A stretch of 64,000 nt of DNA from an uncultured Solirubrobacteraceae bacterium. Lineage in GTDB: Bacteria; Actinomycetota; Thermoleophilia; Solirubrobacterales; Solirubrobacteraceae. Position numbers and translations under genes: made by a program. Every line of letters starts with the position of its first letter. Position 1 is the first letter of the stretch. Below the pieces are notes generated by a model. The model was not told the DNA's origin, made no database searches, and was given only the letters and a program-made list of their open reading frames with translations. The stretch lies in assembly GCA_963848475.1 (NCBI GenBank), contig CAWKDW010000015.1, positions 70,095-134,094 of the forward strand, given 5' to 3'. Below are positions 21,375-31,109 of this stretch, piece by piece.

Positions 21375-22454
21375 CTCCCGCGGGTGCAGCGCGAGGCCGA
21401 TCAGGCCGAGCGGGAGCGGCATCCAGTACGAGAACAGCCGGTACGCGAACGTCGCCAGCACCGCGTCGCCCGCCGATACGCCGGCGAGCGCGAGCATCGC
21501 GGTCAGCCCGGCCTCGACGAAGCCCAGCCCGCCCGGCGTGATCGGGATCTGGGCCAGTAGCGAGGCGCCGCAGAAGGCGAGCAGCACGAGCCCGGGTCGC
21601 GGGTGCGAGCCGATCGCCGCCAGCGCCGTCATCAACGTCAGATAGTCGAACGTCCAGCGCCCGACGGTCGCCAGCAGCGCGCGCTTCCAGCGCGTGCCGA
21701 GCGTCTCGAGGATCCGGTCGCGCTCACGCAGGAGCCGGTCGGGCAGGTGCAGGAGCGGCTCCGAGCGGCGGCGCAGCCGGTTGCGGATGCGCTGGATCAG
21801 GCGCCCGACCCAGGCCAGCGGGCGGTCGGTCGAAAGGAAGATCGCGCCGACGGTCGAGGCGATCGCGAACACCGCCAGCCCGAGCAGGGCGGTCTCGAGC
21901 AGCCCGCGATCGACGGCGCCGCGCAACAGCGCCGGGATCGCCAGCACCGGCAGCGCGAGCACGACGGCGAACACGAGCAGGTTGACCGCGGTCAGCGCCG
22001 ACGCGGTCGAGGCCGTCGGGAGACCGGCCGACACGAGCATCCGGTACTGCAGCGCCGCCCCGAGCGCCCCGCCGCCCGGGGCCACCTTCGCCAGCGCGTT
22101 GCCGGCGAGCTGAGAGGTGACCACCGGCCGCCAGCGCGGCGCTCGCAGCGCGACGTGCTGCAGCGCCCACAGACAGGCGAGCGAGCCCACCTGCAGCGCC
22201 ACCATCGCCGCGAGCGAGCCGATCGAGAACCGCGTGATGTCCCGGTAGGAGCTGAACACCTCGACGATCGAGGGGAACACGAGATACAGCGAGACCCCGG
22301 TCACGCCGAGCCAGAAGACCGACCGCTTGAGGTTCGCGCGCGGCTTGGCCTCCGGCTTGACGTCGGTGCGCGCCTCGATCGCATGCTCGAGCCGGTCGCC
22401 GAGCGTCTCGACCGCTGGGGCGGAGGGCGTCTCCGGGGGTGGGGCGGCGCTCAT
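21345..22454 (-). CDS. Lysylphosphatidylglycerol-synthase TM (UPF0104/flippase-like) protein
   Basis: PITPGGLGFVEAGL, YRLFSYWMP; TGATG overlap with upstream gene. Confidence 0.85.
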   Translation of the reverse strand: MSAAPPPETPSAPAVETLGDRLEHAIEARTDVKPEAKPRANLKRSVFWLGVTGVSLYLVFPSIVEVFSSYRDITRFSIGSLAAMVALQVGSLACLWALQHVALRAPRWRPVVTSQLAGNALAKVAPGGGALGAALQYRMLVSAGLPTASTASALTAVNLLVFAVVLALPVLAIPALLRGAVDRGLLETALLGLAVFAIASTVGAIFLSTDRPLAWVGRLIQRIRNRLRRRSEPLLHLPDRLLRERDRILETLGTRWKRALLATVGRWTFDYLTLMTALAAIGSHPRPGLVLLAFCGASLLAQIPITPGGLGFVEAGLTAMLALAGVSAGDAVLATFAYRLFSYWMPLPLGLIGLALHPRELAAASGQEP

Positions 22455-23127
22455 CAGAGGCCGGAGATCCCGTCGCCGAGGATCTTGAAGCCGATCACGA
22501 GGATCAGCACGGCCATGATCGCGTTGTTGTGGGCGGCCATCCATGACTTGAGCGACTCGAGCGGCTTGCGCGACCGCTCGCCGAGCGCGAAGTAGATGAC
22601 GAGCGGGGCGCCGACGCCGAGCGTGCCGACGACGATGAACACGGCGAGGGCGATGGCCTCCTGGCCGGCGCTGATGCCGGTGGCCGAGATCGCCGCCGCC
22701 GCGGCGACCGTCAGGAGCAGGTTCTTCGGGTTGATGCCGGAGAGCAGCACGCCCATCGCGAGTGCCTTCGGCGGCGTGAAGCTGTCGATCGTCGCCATCC
22801 ACTTCGGCAGCGGCGCCTCCTCGCCCGCCTTCGGGCGTCCCGCGCCACTGCTTGACCGCCAGTGCGAGCAGCAGCAGGCCGAGGATCAGCCTCGAGCCAG
22901 CTGACCCAGGTCGCCGGTCCGCTGTCGTCGGAGGCGCCGGCGCCGCCCGACGCGACGATCACGACGACGCCGACGAGGCTGAGCCCGAGCAGCCAACCGA
23001 GCAGGAACGCGGGTCCGTTGGAACGCGCGCGCGGCGTCGCGAGCATCAGCACGACGGCGATGATCGGGACGGGGCTCAACGTGACACCGATCCCGAGCGA
23101 GAGCACCTGACCGATGGCTTCGTTCAT
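22454..23127 (-). CDS. GAP family (Sap, peptidoglycolipid-addressing) membrane protein; frameshifts near 22850-22890
   Basis: LSPVPIIAVVLMLATPRARSNGPAFLLGW; INPKNLLL; WMAAHNNAIMAVL. Confidence 0.85.
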
Positions 23128-23199
23128 GCGGCCATGATGGCGGTCCGCGACGGTTGCCGCGCATCAGCGGCAGCACAGAGGTTGCTCGACACCGCGCAA

Positions 23200-23245
23200 T
23201 CATCCGCCGCAGGGGAGGCCCGCTCACCCGCGGGCCGCGGAGACT
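23200..23245 (+). promoter_or_regulatory. Island operator/promoter: TCATCC-gccgc-AGGGGA (23200-23216), TCACCC at 23224, -10 GAGACT at 23240
   Basis: Read directly; right half-site degenerate. Confidence 0.7.
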
Positions 23246-23270
23246 GACGCTCTTCAAGCGAAAGGCATCC

Positions 23271-23669
23271 ATGGCCACACGGTCTCAATCGCAGGGCTCG
23301 AACCAGCACACGGGCTGGATCATCTTCACCGCGCTGTTGCTGGCGATCGCCGGCGGCTTCAACATCTTCTACGGGCTCGCCGCACTGCTCAACGACGAGG
23401 TGCTGCGCGTCGGTGGGCCGGGCGTGCTGATCCTCAACCTGAGCGTCTGGGGCTGGTTTCACCTCGCCACCGGACTGCTGATGTTCGCCGCCAGCTTCGG
23501 CCTGATCGCCGAGAGCGGCTGGGCGCGCTGGACGGCCATCGCGCTGGTGTTCGTCAACGCGCTGATCCAGTTCGTGTCGATCACGTCGTTCCCGATCGCC
23601 GCCGCGCTGATGATCCTGCTCGACATCGTGATCGTCTACCAGTTGACGGTGCACTGGAACAAGTCCTGA
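23271..23669 (+). CDS. DUF7144-like four-TM membrane protein (paralog 2)
   Basis: GWIIFTALLLAIAGGFNIFYGL...WGWFHL...WARW...IVYQLTVH. Confidence 0.78.
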   Translation: MATRSQSQGSNQHTGWIIFTALLLAIAGGFNIFYGLAALLNDEVLRVGGPGVLILNLSVWGWFHLATGLLMFAASFGLIAESGWARWTAIALVFVNALIQFVSITSFPIAAALMILLDIVIVYQLTVHWNKS

Positions 23670-23703
23670 AACGCTTGGCGCCAGAGGTGCGGGTGGTGGG
23701 ACA

Positions 23704-23749
23704 TCATCCCCGGCGGGTGAAGCTCTCCTGCCGCTCGCCCGGGTACCGT
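23704..23749 (+). promoter_or_regulatory. Island operator/promoter: TCATCC-ccggc-GGGTGA (23704-23720), -10 TACCGT at 23744, leaderless ATG at 23757
   Basis: Read directly. Confidence 0.8.
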
Positions 23750-23756
23750 TGGGCAT

Positions 23757-24215
23757 ATGGACCTGCATCCCGGTGAGACGATCGTCTTCGAAGGCCATCC
23801 GTCGTGGCGTGCGCTGCTGAGCTTCTACATCGGCGGCATCGTCGGTGCGCTCGTGATCGCGTTCATCGTCTCGCTCATCGGGAGCGTCGCCCTCGCGATC
23901 CCGGTGGGCGCCGTGCTGATCGCGGCCGTGATCCTGTTCGGGCTGATCAAACGCACGGCGACCGACTACATGGTCAGCACCCAGCGGCTGTACATCCGCC
24001 GCGGCATCCTCTCCAAGCGCGTCCAGCAGACGCGCATCGACCGGGTGCAGAACGTCAACACGGACCAGTCGTTCCGCGAGCGGGTGCTGCGTGTCGGCAC
24101 GGTGGACTTCGACACGGCGGGCACCGACGACTCGGAATTTCGCTTCGTCGGCATCGACAACCCGCAGCGGGTCGTGGACGCGGTCGACCGCGCCCAACGT
24201 GAAGCAGCGCTCTAA
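23757..24215 (+). CDS. Bacterial PH domain (bPH_2) membrane protein
   Basis: Two TM helices then YMVSTQRLYIRRGIL...RVQNVNTDQSFRERVLRVGTV. Confidence 0.85.
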   Translation: MDLHPGETIVFEGHPSWRALLSFYIGGIVGALVIAFIVSLIGSVALAIPVGAVLIAAVILFGLIKRTATDYMVSTQRLYIRRGILSKRVQQTRIDRVQNVNTDQSFRERVLRVGTVDFDTAGTDDSEFRFVGIDNPQRVVDAVDRAQREAAL

Positions 24216-25106
24216 CTACTCGCCGAGCAGCGGCTGCCAGTGGTCCGTCGTGAGACGGGCCGGCTCGGTGCTCGAGCAGAAGTCGGTGAGGACCTCGGCG
24301 AAGCGCGCCGGGTCGTCGTGATGGGGCATGTGGCCGGCGCCCTCGAAGATCTCCAGGCGGCTGCCGGGCATCGCCTCGTGCGCGGCGTAGCCGTGGCTGA
24401 CCGGGATGATCGAGTCCTTCTCGCCCCAGACGATCAGCGACGGCAGCACGGCCGCGAGGTGCAGCCGGTCGCTGGCGCTCACGCGCTGGCCGCTGGGCTC
24501 GATCACCGAGCGCACGGTGTGCAGGAACGCCTGCCGCGAGCCGGTGGTGGCGAGTGAGCCGAACCCGCGCGTGAGGATCTCGACGTCGCCGCTCGGAGCC
24601 AGCGGCGTGCGTCCGAGCACCGACTTCACGCCGCGGCCGACGCCGCGCAGCCCGCGCGAGGTGAGCACGGGGAGGACCCAGTCGGCGCCCGGCAGCGCCG
24701 CGGCGCGCAGCAGCAGGTGCACCTCGCGGCCCAGACCGCCGCTGGAGACGAGCACGAGGCGCTCGCAGCGCTCGGGGAACTGGTAGGCGAACTGCATCGC
24801 GATCCCGCCGCCGAGCGAGTGCCCGACGACCGTCACGTGGTCGTGGCCGAGCGCCGTCAGCAGGTCGCGGGCGCCGCTGGCGTGGGCGCCGAGCGAGTAG
24901 TCGCCGCGCGGTGTGGCCGAGGCGCCGTGGCCGAGCAGGTCGGGCGCGATCAGCGTGAAGTGCTCGCTGAGGGCGGCTGCGACCGGCTCCCACGTCTCCG
25001 ACGAGTTGGCGATCCCGTGCAGCAGCAGCAGCACCGGGCCGCTGCCGGCCGTCCGGTAGGTCACCGAATGGCCATGCAGCGTCAACTCATGGCTCGTGAG
25101 GTCCAT
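24216..25106 (-). CDS. Alpha/beta fold hydrolase
   Basis: LLLHG, PDLLGHG, GHSLGG nucleophile elbow, WGEKD, GAGHMPH. Confidence 0.92.
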   Translation of the reverse strand: MDLTSHELTLHGHSVTYRTAGSGPVLLLLHGIANSSETWEPVAAALSEHFTLIAPDLLGHGASATPRGDYSLGAHASGARDLLTALGHDHVTVVGHSLGGGIAMQFAYQFPERCERLVLVSSGGLGREVHLLLRAAALPGADWVLPVLTSRGLRGVGRGVKSVLGRTPLAPSGDVEILTRGFGSLATTGSRQAFLHTVRSVIEPSGQRVSASDRLHLAAVLPSLIVWGEKDSIIPVSHGYAAHEAMPGSRLEIFEGAGHMPHHDDPARFAEVLTDFCSSTEPARLTTDHWQPLLGE

Positions 25107-25261
25107 CGGCCTCCATGATGACGGGCCGGGGTCGCGGCGCCGCGTCTCGGCCCTCGCGCTGTCACGGCGCTCGACGGCGAGCGCATGCTTGAACGTCTCG
25201 ATCGAGATACGCGGCGGGCCGGTGCCGCATTCCGGTCCGACGCGTGACATAAGTTCCCTTT

Positions 25262-26812
25262 ATGTCCACCACCACGCAGGACGACGCGGCGCAGCTCGCG
25301 GAGCTGGGCTATGAGAGCCACTTCGAGCGACGAATGGGCTTGTGGGAGAACTTCGCGCTCGGGTTCACCTATCTGTCGCCGGTCGTCGGCGTGTACTCCA
25401 CGTTCGCGATCGCCTTCCTGGCGGGCGGGCCACCGATGATCTGGTCGATCGTCATCGCCGGCGTCGGACAGCTGCTGGTGGCGCTCGTCTTCTCCGAGGT
25501 CGTGGCCCAGTTCCCGGTCGCGGGCGGCGTCTATCCATGGGCGCGGAGGCTGATCGGACGCCGCTGGGCATGGATCACCGGCTGGATCTACGGCTGGGCG
25601 CTGATCGCGACCGTCGCCAGCGTCTCGACCGGGGCGGCCCCGTTCATCGGCTCCTTGTTCGGCTTCACGCCGACCCGCACGACGACCGTCTTCATCGCCG
25701 CCGCGCTGATGCTGTTCGCCCTGCTGGTGAACCTGAGCGGGACGCGTACGCTCGGGCGCGTCGCGATGGCGGGCTTCGTGGCCGAGCTGATCGGCGCGCT
25801 CTTCGTCGGCCTGTGGCTGCTGCTGTTCGAGCGCCATCACGACTTCGGCGCGCTCTTCGACACGCTCGGCACGGGCGGCGACGGTGGCTACCTGGGCGCG
25901 TTCCTGGCCGCCGCGCTGCTCGGCCTGTACCTGTTCTACGGCTTCGAGGCCTGCGGTGACGTGGCCGAGGAGGTCCCCGATCCCGGCCGGACGATCCCGA
26001 AGGCGATGCGCCGCACGATCTACATCGGCGGCGCCGCGAGCATGCTGATCACGGCCGCGCTGATCCTCGCGCAGCCGGACTTCAGCGCGATCCTCTCGGG
26101 CGAGATCGCCGACCCGGTCGGGGCGCTGCTGCTCGACGTCTTCGGCAACGTCGGCTCGAAGGTCATCACCGTGATCGTGCTGATCAGCTTCGTGTCCTGC
26201 GTGCTGTCGCTGCAGGCCGCCGCGAGCCGGCTGATCTACTCCTACGCGCGCGACCGGATGGTCTTCGCCTCCGACGCGCTGTCGCGCTTCTCGCCCTCGC
26301 GCCACGTCCCGCCGGTCGCCCTGACCGTCGCCGCCGTCGTGCCGGCCGTGATCGTCGCGATCGCCGAGCTGATCTCCGACAGCGCGCTGCTGAAGGTCAT
26401 CTCGTTCGCCGCCGCGGGTATCTACATCGCCTTCCAGCTCGTCGTGCTGGCCGCGTTGATCGCCCGCAGCCGCGGCTGGGTGCCGCGCGGGCGGTTCACG
26501 CTCGGGCGCTGGGGCTACGCGGTCAACGTCGCCGCCCTGATCTACGGCGTCGGCGGCGCGCTCAACCTCGCCTGGCCGCGCCAGGTCGAGGGCGCCAGCT
26601 GGACGGACGAATGGATCGTCGTGATCGGCTGCGCGATCATCATCGTCACCGGGCTGGTCTACATGCTGCTCGGCCGCCCGTACGCGCGCGGCACCTCACC
26701 GTCGGGGGATGCCAGTCCCGCGCGCCTAGCTCAATTGCGGCGCGGAGTCGCGAGCCGCGGCTCCGCGCCGGTCACCTCGAAACCGGTCTGCATCAGCTCG
26801 ATGATGTTGTGA
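25262..26812 (+). CDS. APC family amino acid/polyamine permease (true stop may be near 26729)
   Basis: LGFTYLSPVVG, FPVAGGVYPWA, YGFEACGDVAEE, SRLIYSYARD. Confidence 0.9.
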   Translation: MSTTTQDDAAQLAELGYESHFERRMGLWENFALGFTYLSPVVGVYSTFAIAFLAGGPPMIWSIVIAGVGQLLVALVFSEVVAQFPVAGGVYPWARRLIGRRWAWITGWIYGWALIATVASVSTGAAPFIGSLFGFTPTRTTTVFIAAALMLFALLVNLSGTRTLGRVAMAGFVAELIGALFVGLWLLLFERHHDFGALFDTLGTGGDGGYLGAFLAAALLGLYLFYGFEACGDVAEEVPDPGRTIPKAMRRTIYIGGAASMLITAALILAQPDFSAILSGEIADPVGALLLDVFGNVGSKVITVIVLISFVSCVLSLQAAASRLIYSYARDRMVFASDALSRFSPSRHVPPVALTVAAVVPAVIVAIAELISDSALLKVISFAAAGIYIAFQLVVLAALIARSRGWVPRGRFTLGRWGYAVNVAALIYGVGGALNLAWPRQVEGASWTDEWIVVIGCAIIIVTGLVYMLLGRPYARGTSPSGDASPARLAQLRRGVASRGSAPVTSKPVCISSMML

Positions 26813-27177
26813 TCGGGGTCGGTCACGAACGTGCGTTTCACGCCGTCGCCGCGCGCGATCGTCTCGCCGCCCGGCTCGACGCCGTGCGCGCGGGCGCGTT
26901 CGATCGTCGCATCGAGGTCGTCGACGACGAGCGCGATGTGGTTGCCGTAGCCGATCGCGATCTCCTCCGCCGCATAGGCCGGGTGCATCGCCTGCGCCCG
27001 GCCGTCCTCGCCCTCGCCGATCAGATGCAGCTGATGGTGCTCGCCGACCTGCAGCCACGCGCCCGGCGCGTCGAACGTCGGCGGCCGTGGAACCTCCTCG
27101 AGCCCGAGCGCCTCCGTGTAGAAGCGCAGGGCGCGGGCGACGTCGGATACCAGCAGACCTCCGTGATCGATGCGCAT
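26731..27177 (-). CDS. VOC (glyoxalase) family protein
   Basis: IDHGGLLVSD...RFY, QLHLI, NHIALVVDD, FVTDPDHNIIEL. Confidence 0.88.
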   Translation of the reverse strand: MRIDHGGLLVSDVARALRFYTEALGLEEVPRPPTFDAPGAWLQVGEHHQLHLIGEGEDGRAQAMHPAYAAEEIAIGYGNHIALVVDDLDATIERARAHGVEPGGETIARGDGVKRTFVTDPDHNIIELMQTGFEVTGAEPRLATPRRN

Positions 27178-27229
27178 CTCATCCAGTTTGCACGAGAGCG
27201 CGAGTACGTTCGCGCTCATGCCCTCCGCG

Positions 27230-28369
27230 ATGGAGCAGTTGCTGCGTCCAAAGCTCGCGCGGCCCGTCGCCACCTGGCGAGAGGACATGATCACGATGGC
27301 GATCGCCTTCTGGCCGATCACCGCGATGTTCTTCGACGGCCGCAACCACAACAACCGCACCGGCCAGGAGTCGTTCTTCACGCTCACGCACTGCATCCTG
27401 TATCTCGGGCTGACCGCGCTGGGGACGTGGATCGGGCTGCTCGTGTCCCGCTACCACTACCGGACCGAGGCGATCCCGCTGGGCTACGGGGTCGCGATCG
27501 TCGGCCTCTGCGTGCTGGCCGTCGGGGGCCCCGCCGACCTCGCCTGGCACACGCGCTACGGCTTCGAGATCAACGTCGATGCGATCTACAGCCCGCCGCA
27601 CCTGATGCTCTTCTTCGGCGGGCTGCTGGTCTCCTCGACCGGTATCCGCTCGACCTGGGCGCGCTGGGGCGACGCACCCGACTGGCGCGCCTTCGCGCCC
27701 GCGCTGCTCTCGGCGATCCTGTTCATCGGCGTCGCCGGCTTCATCACGATGTACCTGTCGGCGTTCATGACCGACGTCGCACCGACGAGCGCCTTCATGA
27801 ACGACCTCAAGCACTTCGACGACGTGCGCTCGGACCAGTCGATCGGCCTCAACGCGGGCCTCACCGGCTACGGCGACGCGCGCTGGCCGTACTACTTCTA
27901 CAGCGCCAGCCACGGCATGGCGTCGGAGATCGTGACCACGCTCGTGCTGCTCGGCCCGACGCTGCTGATGCTGCGCCGCTGGCGGATCCCGTTCGGCGCC
28001 GTGACCGTGATCTTCCTTGGCTTCGGCCTGCTCGTGAGCATCCTCACCGAGTACCGCGACTGGGTCCTGATCGTCCCACTGGTGCTCGCCGGGGCGACCG
28101 TCGATCTCGCGCAGCGCAAGCTGGCTCCGGGGCAGCGTGAGCGCGTCACGCTCGGCGGGATCCGCCTGATCGGGCCGCTTGCCGCCGCCGCGCTGTGGTT
28201 CTCCTACTACGGCGTGCTGGCCCTGCACAAGGGCCTCGGCTGGGGCGGCTCGCTGATGGTCGGTGCCCTGATCATGGGCACGCTCACCGGGTTTGGCATC
28301 GCCTTCGTGATCGCACCGCCGCCCTACGGACCCGCGGCAGACGCGGTCGCGCCCGATGCCTTCGGCTGA
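27230..28369 (+). CDS. Hypothetical multi-pass membrane protein with two D-x3-H...H motifs
   Basis: About ten hydrophobic segments; DGRNH...FFTLTH and DLAWH...YSPPH. Confidence 0.8.
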   Translation: MEQLLRPKLARPVATWREDMITMAIAFWPITAMFFDGRNHNNRTGQESFFTLTHCILYLGLTALGTWIGLLVSRYHYRTEAIPLGYGVAIVGLCVLAVGGPADLAWHTRYGFEINVDAIYSPPHLMLFFGGLLVSSTGIRSTWARWGDAPDWRAFAPALLSAILFIGVAGFITMYLSAFMTDVAPTSAFMNDLKHFDDVRSDQSIGLNAGLTGYGDARWPYYFYSASHGMASEIVTTLVLLGPTLLMLRRWRIPFGAVTVIFLGFGLLVSILTEYRDWVLIVPLVLAGATVDLAQRKLAPGQRERVTLGGIRLIGPLAAAALWFSYYGVLALHKGLGWGGSLMVGALIMGTLTGFGIAFVIAPPPYGPAADAVAPDAFG

Positions 28370-28487
28370 CCCTTGATCGTTCGACCGGGTGTCGGGTTGC
28401 GGGTGCCGCTGTGGCACCCCCCGCCCGGGGGGTCATGTCGGCCGCGGGACGGGATCCGCCGGTGTGGCGTTCAAGGTTTGTCGCGTG

Positions 28488-28652
28488 ATGACGCCCAACA
28501 CGCCCCATGAACACGCGTCGGAAACCGACGCTTCACCGTTCCCGCACCACGCCGCCGCACCCCAGAGTCCGCTCGAGGCGGCCGAGCGACAGTACGCCGA
28601 GCGCCCGAGCGGCGTGCCGAACTGGGAGCCTGAGGACGGGGACTTCACGTAA
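28488..28652 (+). CDS. Small hypothetical protein (54 aa)
   Basis: MTPNTPHEHASETD...VPNWEPEDGDFT; fills the intergenic gap; GC3-biased codons. Confidence 0.5.
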   Translation: MTPNTPHEHASETDASPFPHHAAAPQSPLEAAERQYAERPSGVPNWEPEDGDFT

Positions 28653-29863
28653 CGGCGTCGGGGCCGAGCTCCGACACGCGCGGGTAGCCCGCGAGCGCGA
28701 GCGCGGTCGCGAGTTCGCCGCGCAGCAGCTCGAAGGCCCTGCGGACACCCGGCTCGCCGGCGGCGCCGAGCCCGTAGACCAGCGGGCGCCCGACCAGTAC
28801 GGCCCGCGCGCCGAGCGCGAGCGCCTTGATGATGTCGGTGCCGCGACGTACGCCGCTGTCCAGGTAGATCTCGGCACGGCCGTCGACGGCCTCGGCGATC
28901 TCCGGCAGCGACCTCGATCGTCGCCTGCGCATGGTCGAGCTGACGGCCGCCGTGGTTGGAGACGATGATCGCGTCGACCCCGTGCTCGACGGCGAGCCGC
29001 GCGTCGTCGGCGCGCATGATGCCCTTGATCACGATCGGGCCCTGCCAGTGCTCACGCAGCATCGCGAGGTCGTCCCAGGTCACGGTCGCGTCGAACTGGC
29101 GGTTGACGTAGGCCGCGTGGCTCGCGGCGCCACCCTCGTAGGGGATGTTGCCGGGCGACATCAGCGGCTGCGAGATGAAGGCCGCCGACCAGCGCGGGTG
29201 CGTGATGCCCTGGCCCAGCGCGCGCAGCGTGAGCCGAGGCGGTACGTTGAACCCGTTGCGCACGTCACGCTCGCGCACGCCGGCGACGGCGACGTCGACC
29301 GTCAGCACCAGCGCCTCGTGGCCCGCGGCCATGGCGCGCGCGAGCACGTCGTAGACGAGCTCGCGGTCGGTCATCACGTAGAGCTGGAACCACTTCGGCC
29401 CGGGCGCGCGGGCGTGGACCTCCTCGATCGAGAGCGTGGAGAGCGTGGACTGCGTGTAGATCGTGCCGTTGGCGTGCGCGGCGCGCGCGATCGCGGCCTC
29501 GCCATCGGGGTGCGTGAGGCCCGTGGCCCCGGTCGGCGGGGCGATGATCGGCAGCGCGATCTCGCGCCCCAGCACCGTCGTCGCCAGTTCGATCGAGGAC
29601 ACGTCGACCAGGGCCCGCGGCCGCAGCTGGACGGCCTCGAAGCCCGAGCGGTTGCGCCGGTAGGTGACCTCGTCGTTGGCCGCTCCATCGACGTAGTCGA
29701 ACACGGTTCGCGGCACCGTCCGCTTCGCCATCGCGCGCAGGTCCTCGATCGTGTGGCAGCGCGCTGCCCGGCCCTCGGCGGTGAAGCGCGCGCGAACGGT
29801 GGCGGGCGCGGCGCGCAGATCGGCCGCGACCTGGCGCGCAGCGAGGTCCAGCAGTTCGTTCAC
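28645..29863 (-). CDS. FMN-dependent alpha-hydroxy acid dehydrogenase (LldD-like); frameshift near 28910
   Basis: FDYVDGAANDE, WFQLY, LTVD, IKGI, IIVSNHGGRQLD, DSGVRRGTDIIKALALGA. Confidence 0.9.
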
Positions 29864-29886
29864 CGCCGGGAACCTACCCGCTCAGC

Positions 29887-30372
29887 TCACTTGTCGAGCT
29901 TGGAGGCGAGGTCGTCGAGCCCGTCGATCAGATCGCTGACGCGGCGCACGGCGGGATGCTTGCGGGCACCGGCGAGGCGTTCGCCGAGTTCGTCGCGCAC
30001 GTCCCCGAGGATCTTCCCGAAGCTGTCCTCGGTCGTGGCCTGCACGGGTGCCGGGTCGGGCTCGGCACCGCGAGCCGCTTCACGGGCCGCCGCGCGTGCC
30101 CGCTCGCGGGCGGCGTGCGCGTCGCGCAGCTCGCGTTCGAGCGTCTCGACCCGGTCCGCCACCGAATCCCAGGCGACCGGCCGTGCCGCGGTGGGCCGGT
30201 TGCGCAGTTCGTCGTAGGCCTCCTGGATCTCCTGGAAGCGCTCCGTGGCCTCGGCGGTGCCGCCGTTGCGGTCGGGGTGATGGTGCATGACGAGCCGCCG
30301 GTAGGCGTCGTGGAGTTGCTCGGGCGTGGCGCCCGGCGGGACGCCGAGCACGCGGTGGGGATCACGGCGCAC
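29887..30372 (-). CDS. J-domain (DnaJ type III) protein
   Basis: DPHRVLGV...AYRRLVMHHHPDRNGG...FQEIQEAYDEL. Confidence 0.88.
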   Translation of the reverse strand: MRRDPHRVLGVPPGATPEQLHDAYRRLVMHHHPDRNGGTAEATERFQEIQEAYDELRNRPTAARPVAWDSVADRVETLERELRDAHAARERARAAAREAARGAEPDPAPVQATTEDSFGKILGDVRDELGERLAGARKHPAVRRVSDLIDGLDDLASKLDK

Positions 30373-30511
30373 GGACGCCAAGCTAGCCGATCAGCGCGCC
30401 GCGGCGGGACTCAGTCGCAGCGATCCAGACGGCGGACCGTGAAGCCGTTCGTCCACGGCGGCAGGCGGTAGGCGGCGAGGCGGGCAAGTCGCATTGCGCT
30501 GATTCACATCG

Positions 30512-31085
30512 TCAGAGCCGGAACGGCGCCGGGCCGAGGATGCCGGAGCTCAGCAGCGCGGTGGAGCGCTCCACGGTACGTACCCATTCGTAGGCGATTG
30601 CCTTGCAATGCGTCAGCTGGACGCCCGCGTCGCGCAGGCGGGTGAGGCCGCGCTCATGCATCTCGCCGGGGGAGAACGTGGCGTCCTCGACAGCGATCAC
30701 GCGCAGGCCCTCGTCGAGCAGGCCGACCGCGGACTGGTAGACGCAGATGTCGGTCTCGAAGCCGACGAGCACCGCGGTCGGGCGGCCGGTGGCCTTCACC
30801 GCGGCGAGGATCTCGGGCGTGCCGGCGAGCCCGAACGTCGGCTTGCGCAGCCGCGGCGCGGAGGTCGTGTCGAACCGCGGATCGGTCGCCCCGTTGAGCT
30901 CGGGCTCCTCCTCGGTGATCACGATCGGCACGTCGAGCGCGCCGGCCACCGCGGTCAGCCATGCGGCGCGCTCGAGCGCCTGCTCGGCCCGCTCGCGATC
31001 GGTCTGCGGGCAGCGCGGTGGGATAGAAGCCGGGTTGGGCGTCGATCACGATCACGACGCAGTCCTGTGGGTCGGTCAGCGGCAT
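30512..31085 (-). CDS. Isochorismatase family hydrolase; frameshift near 31000
   Basis: VIVIDAQ, ITEE, KPTFG, GFETDICVYQS. Confidence 0.85.
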
Positions 31086-31109
31086 TCGCTGCTCACAGGA
31101 TGATGGGAC

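Noticed and set aside
825-23720. Repeated palindromes as a CRISPR array, REP/MITE or terminators
   Set aside because: They are not tandem with spacers, their centres vary, they have no U-tails, and they sit at a fixed distance upstream of starts. This fits operators.
28400-28435. GC-rich hairpins after the PmoC-like gene
   Set aside because: Short GC palindromes are expected at this base composition; at most a weak terminator.
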